Positions 25,801-32,753 of a DNA stretch of 32,753 bases are shown here, piece after piece (positions within the stretch are counted from its first letter, which is position 1; every line of letters begins with the position of its first letter). This DNA is from an uncultured Veillonellaceae bacterium (GTDB lineage: Bacteria; Bacillota; Negativicutes; UBA1444): the NCBI GenBank assembly GCA_964609115.1, contig CAZSRN010000003.1, positions 1 to 32,753 of the forward strand, read 5' to 3'. Position numbers and translations under genes: made by a program. A model generated the notes under the pieces. The model was not told the DNA's origin and made no database searches. It was given only the letters and a program-made list of their open reading frames with translations.

Positions 25801-25892
25801 GAGCCACCATTCTGACACTGTTGGTGCTGCCCGTCATGTATGCAGCCTGGTTTAGAATTCATCCCGACACGCCTCCCAAAAGTGCGGAATAA
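22827..25892 (+). CDS. RND-family efflux permease (AcrB/AcrD/AcrF type)
   Basis: 1021 aa in a 12-TM architecture with two large loops. N-terminus FRHKEFVYFTIAMIFLAGIFSYRQLGRMEDPDF. Conserved GLLVDDAIIAIE in TM4. GTGA overlap with the adaptor gene stop. Confidence 0.92.
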   Translation: MKNFNLTELAFRHKEFVYFTIAMIFLAGIFSYRQLGRMEDPDFVIRQMVVSVAWPGASAREIEEQVTDKIEKKLQDTPGVDYLRSFSRPGQAVIYVILKESTPEKDVRPTWLEVRNMVNDIKITFPSGVMGPYFNDRFDDVFGSIYALTGDGFNYEELRERAETIRRTLLGVPNVKKVQLVGVQPEKIFIEMESSKLSQMGIDPNLLIAAIKTQNAMNASGMVETSSDNVYLRVSGMFESIENVRKIPVRAAGRTFRLADIAKVTRGFIDPPDPLMYFNGKPAIGIALSMDKGGNILKLGDDLDKTIDQIKTELPLGLEIGQVSNQPDIVDESIGEFVKSLIEAVIIVLIVSFVSLGLRTGIVVALCIPLVLAGVFACMKVLGIDLHKVSLGALIIALGLLVDDAIIAIEMMSVKLEQGWNRYDAACYAYTATAFPMLTGTLITCAGFIPIGFAKGNAAEFSSSLFTVITIALVLSWFTSVIVTPLLGYKLIKPKENHDPSHNVYDSKFYRIFRRVLTWCLERRKLVLAITVASFIGSLFLFQLIRQEFFPPSLRKEIIVEMTLPEGSTIRATEAQAARFAKEFENDPDLASYSYHVGEGAPRFVLTVEPTLPHSSYAQFVFVAKDLAARNRLSDKANLILAEKFSDVLSHVKLLQTGPPSAYPVMLRVSGIDHDKTKEIAHKIGALMNSKPYLSAINYDWNEKNKVMRLIIDQDKARMLGIDNQTLATSLQMQLSGAAIAEFRQEDKTVAIVFRMNPQDRTNLGRVKDLPIHIGSGKFVPLGQIAKISYDSEDGLIWRRNLKPTLTVQAEIKNGITGNDATKKIYDELASLRQSLPAGYRIDVGGSLENSAKSIGFLLQPVPIMVLIIVFLLMLQLQRVSLMLLTLLTAPLGIIGVSLLMLATFKPLGFVAELGILALGGMIIRNSVILIDQIEKHIADGQAPWNAIIDSAILRFRPIMLTAAAAILGMVPLIPSTFWGPMAIAIAGGLFGATILTLLVLPVMYAAWFRIHPDTPPKSAE

Positions 25893-25964
25893 AAAGAGGA
25901 ATTCCTGCAAGGGGCACGAATTGAAACACTATAAGAAACAATCGTAATATTGCGGGAGGTTGCT

Positions 25965-26867
25965 ATGGACGACAATAAAGGCATTTTGCTTGAATCCGGC
26001 ACCAATGAATTTGAGATTATTGAGTTTTCTGTCGGCGGCATCTTCTATGGGCTGAATGTTGCCAAAGTTCGTGAAGTCATAAATGCCGTGCCTGTAACCT
26101 TTATTGCCAAATCTCACCCCAATCTGGATGGAGTTTTCACTCTTCGTTCCCGCGTCATGCCGCTGGTCAACCTGGCCCGCAGCCTGAACGCCAAACCGGA
26201 ATCGGACGAATTTAAGATCATCGTCTGTGAAATCAACAACTTCTATGTTGGGTTCAAGGTCGACGCCGTATACCGAATCCACCGGATTTCCTGGACTCAG
26301 ATGGAGCCCGCGCCCCATGTGGCCGGTTCGGATTTGGTCGTCGGAATTGTCAAGATGCAGGAACGAATGATCATCCTCTTGGATTTTGAAAAAATTCTGG
26401 CGGATGTCAATCCGGAGATGAACAAAAAGATGATGGCCGTGCCGCTTTCTACTCCGGATCTTGTCAAACTTCGCCAAACCAAGACAATCTTGATCGCGGA
26501 AGATTCCCGGATGTTGCGGGATTTGCTGCTCGGCACGCTAAACAGCGCCGGTTACAATACCATCAGCAACGAAAACGGACAGGAGGCCTGGGACAAACTT
26601 GAGGCCATCGCCGAAAAAGATGCGCCGGTTACCGACAGCCTTCAACTGATCATCACCGATATTGAAATGCCGAAAATGGACGGTCATCATCTCACCAAGC
26701 GCATCAAAAGCAATCCACGGCTCAAAGAGTTGCCTGTCGTTATTTTCTCTTCCCTCATCAATGAGGAAATGCGATTAAAGGGACAAGCGTTGGGTGCTTT
26801 TGCCCAAATTACCAAGCCTGAAATCGAACAACTCATTGGCATTGTCGACCAAAAAATCGCATTCTAG
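25965..26867 (+). CDS. cheV: CheV, chemotaxis coupling protein (CheW domain fused to a receiver domain)
   Basis: CheW-like GTNEFEIIEFSVGGIFYGLNVAKVREVI, then a REC domain ILIAEDSRMLRDLL...IITDIEMPKMDGHHLTKRIK. GGGAGG lies upstream of the ATG at 25965. Confidence 0.9.
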   Translation: MDDNKGILLESGTNEFEIIEFSVGGIFYGLNVAKVREVINAVPVTFIAKSHPNLDGVFTLRSRVMPLVNLARSLNAKPESDEFKIIVCEINNFYVGFKVDAVYRIHRISWTQMEPAPHVAGSDLVVGIVKMQERMIILLDFEKILADVNPEMNKKMMAVPLSTPDLVKLRQTKTILIAEDSRMLRDLLLGTLNSAGYNTISNENGQEAWDKLEAIAEKDAPVTDSLQLIITDIEMPKMDGHHLTKRIKSNPRLKELPVVIFSSLINEEMRLKGQALGAFAQITKPEIEQLIGIVDQKIAF

Positions 26868-26906
26868 GCATCCATCCGGACGCATCGATCTTCCAGACAA
26901 TAGCAA

Positions 26907-26940
26907 AAGCCGTCAGACTGTAAGTCTGGCGGCTTATTTC
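26907..26940. terminator. Hairpin terminator between convergent cheV and the SprA-related gene
   Basis: 12-bp stem AAGCCGTCAGAC/GTCTGGCGGCTT (one G-U pair) with loop TGTAA, then ATTTC. Confidence 0.55.
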
Positions 26941-26960
26941 ATGTTGAGTTTCACACCCGG

Positions 26961-27491
26961 TCAGGCAATCATGTCCACTTTTTGTCCCAGCGCCTCATTA
27001 TTCTGCTGCGCCTTGGAATCCGAAGCAGTAGTGGTGCGGGTTTCCCCGCCGGATACATACACTTTGCCGCATTCGGGGCAAACCGCTGTAAATAGACGGA
27101 CACTCTGCGAAACTACGCGTCGCCCGTCCTTTTGCGCATTGGCCTGTTCATTGCCGACGTGCTCCTGCTCATGAGACATTACGACGGCAGCGGAACTCGC
27201 CGGGTCAATATGTCCCGGCGCCTTGAAGGATACTCCCGGATCATTGGATCCATCCTGATACGTGCGTTCCTTGCATGTCTGGCATTCAATCTGCCCGGTT
27301 CGTTTTAGCCGCTGCGTTTCAGGAGTGGTTTTATCCTTGTTTTTTGTAAGGTCCAGCAGATAAGCCGGAGATTGCGCAGCAGATGCCCCGGCATTTTCAG
27401 CGGTATTTCCCCCACCCGCCTGACCTGCCTGGTACATCTTCGGTTCCATGCCCATTCGGGAAAAAGCAACCCCGGTCAATCCTGCCACCAC
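26961..27491 (-). CDS. SprA-related / putative zinc metalloprotease-like family protein (function uncharacterised)
   Basis: 176 aa with a low-complexity Gly/Ala/Gln N-terminus. It then reads ECQTCKERTYQDGSNDPGVSFKAPGHIDP...SHEQEHVGNEQANAQKDGRRVVSQSVRLFTAVCPECGKVYVSGGETR. The HExxH-like motif followed by a GGE strand matches the SprA-related family pattern as I recall it. GTG start with GAGAGG upstream. Confidence 0.5.
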   Translation of the reverse strand: MVAGLTGVAFSRMGMEPKMYQAGQAGGGNTAENAGASAAQSPAYLLDLTKNKDKTTPETQRLKRTGQIECQTCKERTYQDGSNDPGVSFKAPGHIDPASSAAVVMSHEQEHVGNEQANAQKDGRRVVSQSVRLFTAVCPECGKVYVSGGETRTTTASDSKAQQNNEALGQKVDMIA

Positions 27492-27582
27492 AATTTCGCC
27501 TCTCTTCGCCTGCGAAGATTATGCCTCATTTCCTTACGGGTTTCTTGGAAAATCCTTTATTTTTATTATAAACCCTGTCGTA

Positions 27583-27759
27583 CTATTTCGTATAGATATT
27601 CAAGCCAATTTTAATTTCTTCGTTTTCCGGCACCGGTTGATTGCCTTCCGTGCTGGCAATGATCGTCGATTTTCCACTGCTGGACTTGCCGAAGCGCTGG
27701 CTCAAATCCACCTTGATGGTTAGAATATTGCCTTCCGTTGTCATTTCAATATTTTTCAT
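27583..27759 (-). CDS. 58-aa conserved-looking small protein (not in the ORF track, which lists no ORF shorter than 60 aa): MKNIEMTTEGNILTIKVDLSQRFGKSSSGKSTIIASTEGNQPVPENEEIKIGLNIYTK
   Basis: I translated it by hand from the minus strand. GGAGG lies 9 nt upstream of the ATG at 27759 and TAG is at 27583-27585. The pattern G..L.I.(I/V)DL....G.S.SGKS..(I/V)AST.GN......(I/V)K(I/L)GLN.Y.K resembles a widespread small hypothetical-protein family whose name I cannot recall. Confidence 0.55.
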   Translation of the reverse strand: MKNIEMTTEGNILTIKVDLSQRFGKSSSGKSTIIASTEGNQPVPENEEIKIGLNIYTK

Positions 27760-27934
27760 ACTCCATATCCTCCTACTATCTCTTTGAATTGTTCAGGCTC
27801 ATTCAAATTCTCCTCTTGTTTGCCAAATTCCTTCCCAAGGGACTGGGTTTCTGCAGCCGCCCACAGCAGCCGCAGGAATTTTTCGGAAACAGCGCGAAAT
27901 AGGAAAAGCAACCTACTATGGGGGACTGATCATC

Positions 27935-30781
27935 ATGTCCAAGCGTACCCTCAATCGCAGAACTTTTCTCCAAACGGCATCCGTACTGGGAGCTGCGGCT
28001 TTTCTCCCCGTTTCATGGCCGCTTCCCGCAACCGCAGAAGACGCGCCTCCATCTTTGCAGTTCACCGGGCAGGCTAAGAGTACTCTGGGCGAATGGTCGG
28101 CAACATTGGACCTTTCCAAAGGAGCTCTGCATCCAGGAACCCTTCTGTCCATACAAGCGGAACTGACGTTGTCCCCGGCGTGGCGTACTGCCGTCACTCA
28201 GGCCGAGGGCTTGCCCGGCGAATATTTGCTGCTGATTACTACAGAACGCCTGATTGATTCTCAAGGCTGGATGCGGTTTCCCGCTGACGAGCGTATGTCA
28301 ACGTTGCTCACCCCTACAGGTCTTGCCGTCGAAGGCGGCTCTTCCAGCGCCGTGAGCCGATATGCGGGGAGCCGATATAAAAATCCCGTGGATGAATTGG
28401 TGAAAGTTCCGGTTCAACAAATGCAACTCAGCGGCAACAACGGCAAGCTCATTTTTTCAGCCAAACCTTTAGTCCCTCCGGACATTCCGCCGGGCATCTA
28501 TCGGCTGCGTTTTGATTTTGGTTTCATTCTCAACAAAAAATGGCGTAGCTTGAACAATGAAGGGTTCGCCAACCGTCCAAGAGATGCAGCCGATTTATCT
28601 TTGCTGTATTCACCGCCCCTGCTATGCAGCAATCGGGACTTCCGCGGAAAATTCGTCGATGCGGCTTCCATTGTTCCCCGAATATACTGGATTTTACTGG
28701 ATCGTTACAATTCCAACGGCTATCAGGGCGTGGTCGCCGATGAGGACAAAAAACATTTTGCCCTATCCGGTCGCAATATTATCCCGGACGAAGTAATCTT
28801 ACCCATGCTTCACGGCAACGGAAGCAAGCTCGCATATAATCTGGAGCCGACTTTCCCCGCCAATTTGATGGACAAGCAACGAATCTTGCCGCTGAATCCG
28901 GCATCGGGAGAGTTGTCTTTGCAGATGATTGATCCTGCCGGTAAAAAAATTGATCTCGGCACTGCGCCGTTCATTAAGGAACTAAATGGCCGGCCTACAA
29001 CCGGAAATCTTGCTTTTACCGCCTGGAAACCGGAAACCTATGGCCGCTACACGGTCATAGCCAAAGGTTGGATCGCCGATACTTGGAATACTCGTTATTA
29101 TGGCGGCGGAACCTATCATTTTTGGATTGCCAAACGCATGACAATGGGGACTGCAACATTTCAAGGCATGTCATTTCCCGTAGGCGCCCGTTTGGGACAA
29201 GCCATCGGCTTCTCACCGGCCGTTCCGGCTGATGTAGTCGCCAAGGCAGATTTGTATCCCGCTTCCGATCCCGCCAGACAAAAGACTCTCTCCTATCGCG
29301 GCAAAGCCTCTGTCGGAGGGATATTCGGACCGGCGCAGGGAATGAAGCCGTTCGTGCTGGAAGCACCGGGAGAATATCACAGTCATGTATTGGCAACTTA
29401 CACCGACGGCGACGGCCATCTGTGGGTCTGCAGCATGCGTCACGCAGGCGTAGTCTACCCAGTCGATTCGCCACTGGAAGCCCACGGCAAAAAATTGAAA
29501 ATTGACAATCAATATCTGGACCGGGGGGAAACGCACCGTGAAGGCTATGTGGAACCCGGCGACAATTTCCGGTTTCTGGATCATATCAATTTTCCCTACC
29601 AGCAGGGAGATTGTCTGCTGATCGCCAGTGAAGGACAAGGCGCCAACAAGATCGAACCCGTCTTGACCTATGTGCTGTCCCCCGACACAGCGCCTTACGA
29701 AAAAAGCCTGAACTCCATCGGCGCTACCAATGCGCGCATTCTTACAACCAATGGATTGTCGCCTCATCTCTATCCGGAGTACATCTCGGATTGGGCCTAT
29801 TATTATGCGGCGGCTCCCCGCCCCGGCCTTTCTTCGCGTTTCCTTGTAGGAGAAAATGGTGTGCGCGCTCCCTACTGGCCCACCAGCACTTCCAGTTTCG
29901 GCGGTCAGATCGGTGCATCCGGCAATGGAGATTTTCCGGGCGATATTTACCGTCTGTTGGGCGGCGTTGTGTTGCGACGCAGCGGTCAGTCTCCCCTTTA
30001 TGCCGGTTATATGGCCAGCGCGTTTATTTTGCCGCACGGCAGCAACAACAACCGGATCATTGCCCCCGGTTCCGAAGAGTTAATCGGTGCAGACGGCACG
30101 CCCGCCCGTTTTTTTCTGGTACCGGTCCGCCCCGGCATGGTATATGAGCAAGGCGCCCTGTTCACGCCGGTTTTGCAAATCGATCCGATAGTTCCGGCGC
30201 AAATACAGTTTACCTTGCACTATCCTGACGGAACACGCAAAACTTCCAGTGGCGTCGGCGATGCGTTCGGTTACTTTGTCGGCGCAGACAAATGGCAACT
30301 CAGTCAGCCCGGAGTTTACCGCTACGCAGTTCAGGCTACGTGGCAGGGTTTTACCGGCCGGGTCCCCGGCCTTACTCCCAGGGTGGGATCCATCTTTGTA
30401 CTTGAAAAAAACAGACCCGTCGGCAAAGGGCTTCGATTATCCTTAAAAAATCAACAAACTTTCCCCATCATTGAGGGCCTGTTAATTGAAGGAACCACTA
30501 CCGCAGAATCGGTCGAATATACCATGATCACGCCGGGAGCCGTCATCGAGCAAGGTGCCTTACCCGTTGTAAACGGCCGCTTTTTTTACCGATTTGAACC
30601 GGCGCGGGTCAATCAGAAAATCCCCATCTACGACATTGAAAACCGTAGAACCCACCGCAAGGAAATCGGCCGGATCATTCACTTCACTTTTTTTGCCGCG
30701 GAAAAAGACGCAACCGGCGCGGTGCATCATTCCTATGCACGTGTTATCATGCGGGGAAATACCGCAATTTACGCACAATAA
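27935..30781 (+). CDS. Tat-signal-bearing 948-aa exported protein of unknown family
   Basis: The N-terminus MSKRTLNRRTFLQTASVLGAAAFLPVSWPLPATAEDA has a twin-arginine motif (RRTFL), a hydrophobic core and an A-x-A cleavage context. I recognise no catalytic or cofactor motif in the mature part. Confidence 0.85.
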   Translation: MSKRTLNRRTFLQTASVLGAAAFLPVSWPLPATAEDAPPSLQFTGQAKSTLGEWSATLDLSKGALHPGTLLSIQAELTLSPAWRTAVTQAEGLPGEYLLLITTERLIDSQGWMRFPADERMSTLLTPTGLAVEGGSSSAVSRYAGSRYKNPVDELVKVPVQQMQLSGNNGKLIFSAKPLVPPDIPPGIYRLRFDFGFILNKKWRSLNNEGFANRPRDAADLSLLYSPPLLCSNRDFRGKFVDAASIVPRIYWILLDRYNSNGYQGVVADEDKKHFALSGRNIIPDEVILPMLHGNGSKLAYNLEPTFPANLMDKQRILPLNPASGELSLQMIDPAGKKIDLGTAPFIKELNGRPTTGNLAFTAWKPETYGRYTVIAKGWIADTWNTRYYGGGTYHFWIAKRMTMGTATFQGMSFPVGARLGQAIGFSPAVPADVVAKADLYPASDPARQKTLSYRGKASVGGIFGPAQGMKPFVLEAPGEYHSHVLATYTDGDGHLWVCSMRHAGVVYPVDSPLEAHGKKLKIDNQYLDRGETHREGYVEPGDNFRFLDHINFPYQQGDCLLIASEGQGANKIEPVLTYVLSPDTAPYEKSLNSIGATNARILTTNGLSPHLYPEYISDWAYYYAAAPRPGLSSRFLVGENGVRAPYWPTSTSSFGGQIGASGNGDFPGDIYRLLGGVVLRRSGQSPLYAGYMASAFILPHGSNNNRIIAPGSEELIGADGTPARFFLVPVRPGMVYEQGALFTPVLQIDPIVPAQIQFTLHYPDGTRKTSSGVGDAFGYFVGADKWQLSQPGVYRYAVQATWQGFTGRVPGLTPRVGSIFVLEKNRPVGKGLRLSLKNQQTFPIIEGLLIEGTTTAESVEYTMITPGAVIEQGALPVVNGRFFYRFEPARVNQKIPIYDIENRRTHRKEIGRIIHFTFFAAEKDATGAVHHSYARVIMRGNTAIYAQ

Positions 30782-30819
30782 TAGAACGCATTCCAGACTT
30801 TTGAAGGGGAGGGATACAA

Positions 30820-32244
30820 ATGAGTACATATGACCTGCTGATAAAAAACGGGTACGTTATCGATCCCGGCAGTGACCTGCAAGGCTGTTACGATGTTGCA
30901 ATTCTCAATGGGAAAATTGAAAAAATCGCCGCCTCGATGGACCCCACGCAAGCAGAAGAATTTGTCGATGCGGAAGGAAATTGCGTTATCCCCGGCATTA
31001 TTGACTTGCACACCCACATGAGCGGAGATTTCGGCGGCCGCTATGCCCACAAAATGGCTGCCGAAGTTGGTGTGACGACCACTCTGGATATGGCGGGGCC
31101 CATCGAAAGTTCGGTCGAAATGGCCGCAAAATGCGGTACCGGCATCAACGTGGCCTGCATTCATATGGTGCGAGGAAATGTAACCATCGAAGGAGAAGAC
31201 CCCGACAACAAGGCCATTGGAGCCTTTCTCGATAAAGCCATGAAGGCTGGGGCTATTGGCTGCAAAATTCTTGGCGGACATTATCCGTTGACTCCTGAAG
31301 CTTCAGCCCGGATCATTGAGCTGGCGAATGAACGCCAAGCCTATGTCGCATTTCATGCAGGCACCCAAAATACCGGTTCGAACATCCAGGGTTTTCTGGA
31401 AGCAGTAGAGTTGGCCCAGGGAAAAGCTTTGCATATCGCCCACATAAATTCCTACTGCCGCGGGCAGGTTCAAAACGCTGCCGCAGAGGCAGCCGAAGCA
31501 ATCAAATCCCTCGTCAACCATCCCAACATTACGTCTGAATCGTATATTTCACCCTATAACGGCACAAGCGGCAAATGTGCAAATGGACGCCCCGAAAGCA
31601 ATGTCACAAAAACCTGTCTTACGACAGGCGGTTTTGAACCTACGGAGGAAGGCATGGTCCAGTCCATTCTGAAAGGTTGGACTCATGTGAATGTTCCCGA
31701 AGGGGGACGTGTCGTCTTAAAAGTTGGCGAAGCCGCTCTTGCCTATTGGCGTTCCCAAAATACGGACGCCAATGTAAGTTTCGCAATCAATCCGTTTGAA
31801 CCGCGCGTCTGTCTCGCATCCGCAAAACGTCCCGATGGAAGTTTTGTCGTGGATTGCATCAGCACGGACGGAGGCGGCATTCCCCGAAATGTCATCATCG
31901 ACACCGGACTTTCACTTGTAAAATTAAATGCACTCAGTCTGCGGGAGTTTGCAGTCAAAACCAGTTTCAATCCGGCTCGTATTCTGGGGCTTTCGCATAA
32001 AGGCCATTTAGGCTTGGGCATGGATGCAGATATTACCCTAATGAATACCCAAACCCAACAGGCTGTCATGAGTTTTGTCGCAGGAAAACCGGTCATGCAC
32101 AAAGGAATGGTCATAGGCAAAGGTGCAAACTTTATTACAACAGCCGCCGGTAAAGCAGCCATTCAAAATGCCGGACTCCATCCCATCGTTGCCGATCTTG
32201 CAGAAAGTGCTTTTTACACGCGGATAAAAAACAGGGCAATTTAA
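30820..32244 (+). CDS. Amidohydrolase-superfamily metallohydrolase (dihydroorotase / D-aminoacylase-like fold), no signal peptide
   Basis: The N-terminal beta-sandwich lead-in YDLLIKNGYVIDP...AILNGKIEKI is followed by PGIIDLHTHM (HxH metal site). Later FHAG, HIAHINSY and a C-terminal STDGGG Asp follow. GGGGAGGG lies 6 nt upstream of the ATG, 38 nt after the upstream stop. Confidence 0.85.
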   Translation: MSTYDLLIKNGYVIDPGSDLQGCYDVAILNGKIEKIAASMDPTQAEEFVDAEGNCVIPGIIDLHTHMSGDFGGRYAHKMAAEVGVTTTLDMAGPIESSVEMAAKCGTGINVACIHMVRGNVTIEGEDPDNKAIGAFLDKAMKAGAIGCKILGGHYPLTPEASARIIELANERQAYVAFHAGTQNTGSNIQGFLEAVELAQGKALHIAHINSYCRGQVQNAAAEAAEAIKSLVNHPNITSESYISPYNGTSGKCANGRPESNVTKTCLTTGGFEPTEEGMVQSILKGWTHVNVPEGGRVVLKVGEAALAYWRSQNTDANVSFAINPFEPRVCLASAKRPDGSFVVDCISTDGGGIPRNVIIDTGLSLVKLNALSLREFAVKTSFNPARILGLSHKGHLGLGMDADITLMNTQTQQAVMSFVAGKPVMHKGMVIGKGANFITTAAGKAAIQNAGLHPIVADLAESAFYTRIKNRAI

Positions 32245-32260
32245 AAAGGAGAAATTTATT

Positions 32261-32753
32261 TTGCAACAAAAAATTGATGCGCCGGCCATGTTGGAGGACG
32301 AACAGGAATCAGCCTATCTGTATGGTATTCTGAGTGAGCTGGAAGCTCAACCGAAATTAGCCGAACTTTATCAGCGTCTGGCCGCCGCCGAAACCCGTCA
32401 TGCACAGTTCTGGCAAAATGAACTTATCGGGGAACAACAGCCCCTTAAAGCGTATCGGCCCTCTTTGCGGATAAAGTTCATGGTATGGATGGCGCGACGA
32501 TTTGGCGCGAATTCAATCCTTCCCATGCTGGGCTCCGCAGAAAGCCGCAGTTCCACCGCTTATCAATCAGTCAGCATGGATATGGCGGCAGAAGAACGTT
32601 CCCATTCCACTCTGCTTGGGCAAATGCAAAAAATATCAAAAGGCGCAGGGCTGCCCGGACCGGCGGTCGCCCGTTTGGAAGGCCGACATCGCTCCGCCGG
32701 AGGCAATGCACTCAGAGCCGCCGTATTAGGCGCAAGCGATGGACTCGTCTCCA
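32261..32753 (+). CDS. Erythrin (ferritin-like di-iron) domain fused to a VIT1/CCC1 iron transporter domain (MbfA-like); 3' end outside the window
   Basis: The frame is open to the window edge and is absent from the ORF track. TTG at 32261 has AAAGGAG 9 nt upstream; there is an alternative in-frame ATG at 32288. Two ExxH motifs (AAAETRHAQFW, AAEERSHSTL) are followed by GGNALRAAVLGASDGLVS, the VIT1 signature. Confidence 0.8.
   Translation, partial: MQQKIDAPAMLEDEQESAYLYGILSELEAQPKLAELYQRLAAAETRHAQFWQNELIGEQQPLKAYRPSLRIKFMVWMARRFGANSILPMLGSAESRSSTAYQSVSMDMAAEERSHSTLLGQMQKISKGAGLPGPAVARLEGRHRSAGGNALRAAVLGASDGLVS

Noticed and set aside
25921-25950. TTGAAA-N18-TAATAT as a cheV promoter.
   Set aside because: The predicted transcription start (about 25957) would fall inside the cheV Shine-Dalgarno sequence (GGGAGG, 25954-25959), only 8 nt from the ATG. 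The spacing is incompatible with normal translation initiation.
27840-27870. CTGGGTTTCTGCAGCC upstream of the Tat-protein gene as a sigma-54 -24/-12 element.
   Set aside because: The GG to GC spacing is off by one, and the -12 region lacks TTGC.

Overview
This is a 32.7-kb, gene-dense bacterial chromosomal segment of roughly 50% GC (estimated by eye). It has strong GGAGG-type ribosome-binding sites and many start/stop overlaps. The gene content (a nif operon containing nifI1/nifI2, a clostridial-type 2Fe-2S ferredoxin, FeoAB, CheV) suggests an anaerobic diazotrophic Bacillota, Clostridia- or Negativicutes-like; the taxon is inference only. Layout: (1) the 3' end of a GGDEF gene. (2) A minus-strand Mo-nitrogenase operon, nifH-nifI1-nifI2-nifD-nifK-nifE-nifN-nifB-ferredoxin-(AnfO-like ORF), at 249-9847. 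(3) A ~400-bp nifH upstream region with two terminators and a perfect 12-bp inverted repeat. (4) A GNAT plus GltD-like oxidoreductase operon. (5) A regulator with a GGDEF-like domain and HTH, divergent from an M20 amidohydrolase / AbgT transporter pair. (6) feoAB with candidate Fur boxes. (7) marR-eamA. (8) A free-standing 46-codon microgene with a consensus promoter, GCAAAT repeats at 15-bp periodicity and its own terminator. (9) A tetR-MFP-RND efflux operon. (10) cheV. (11) A 58-aa ORF plus a SprA-related putative metalloprotease. (12) An operon led by a Tat-signal 948-aa protein of no family I can recognise, followed by an amidohydrolase and an erythrin-VIT1 (MbfA-like) iron exporter that runs off the window. 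I saw no rRNA, tRNA, CRISPR array, transposase or integrase. The best candidates for undescribed biology are (12), (8) and (11). All functional calls come from motif recognition by eye, not from database searches.
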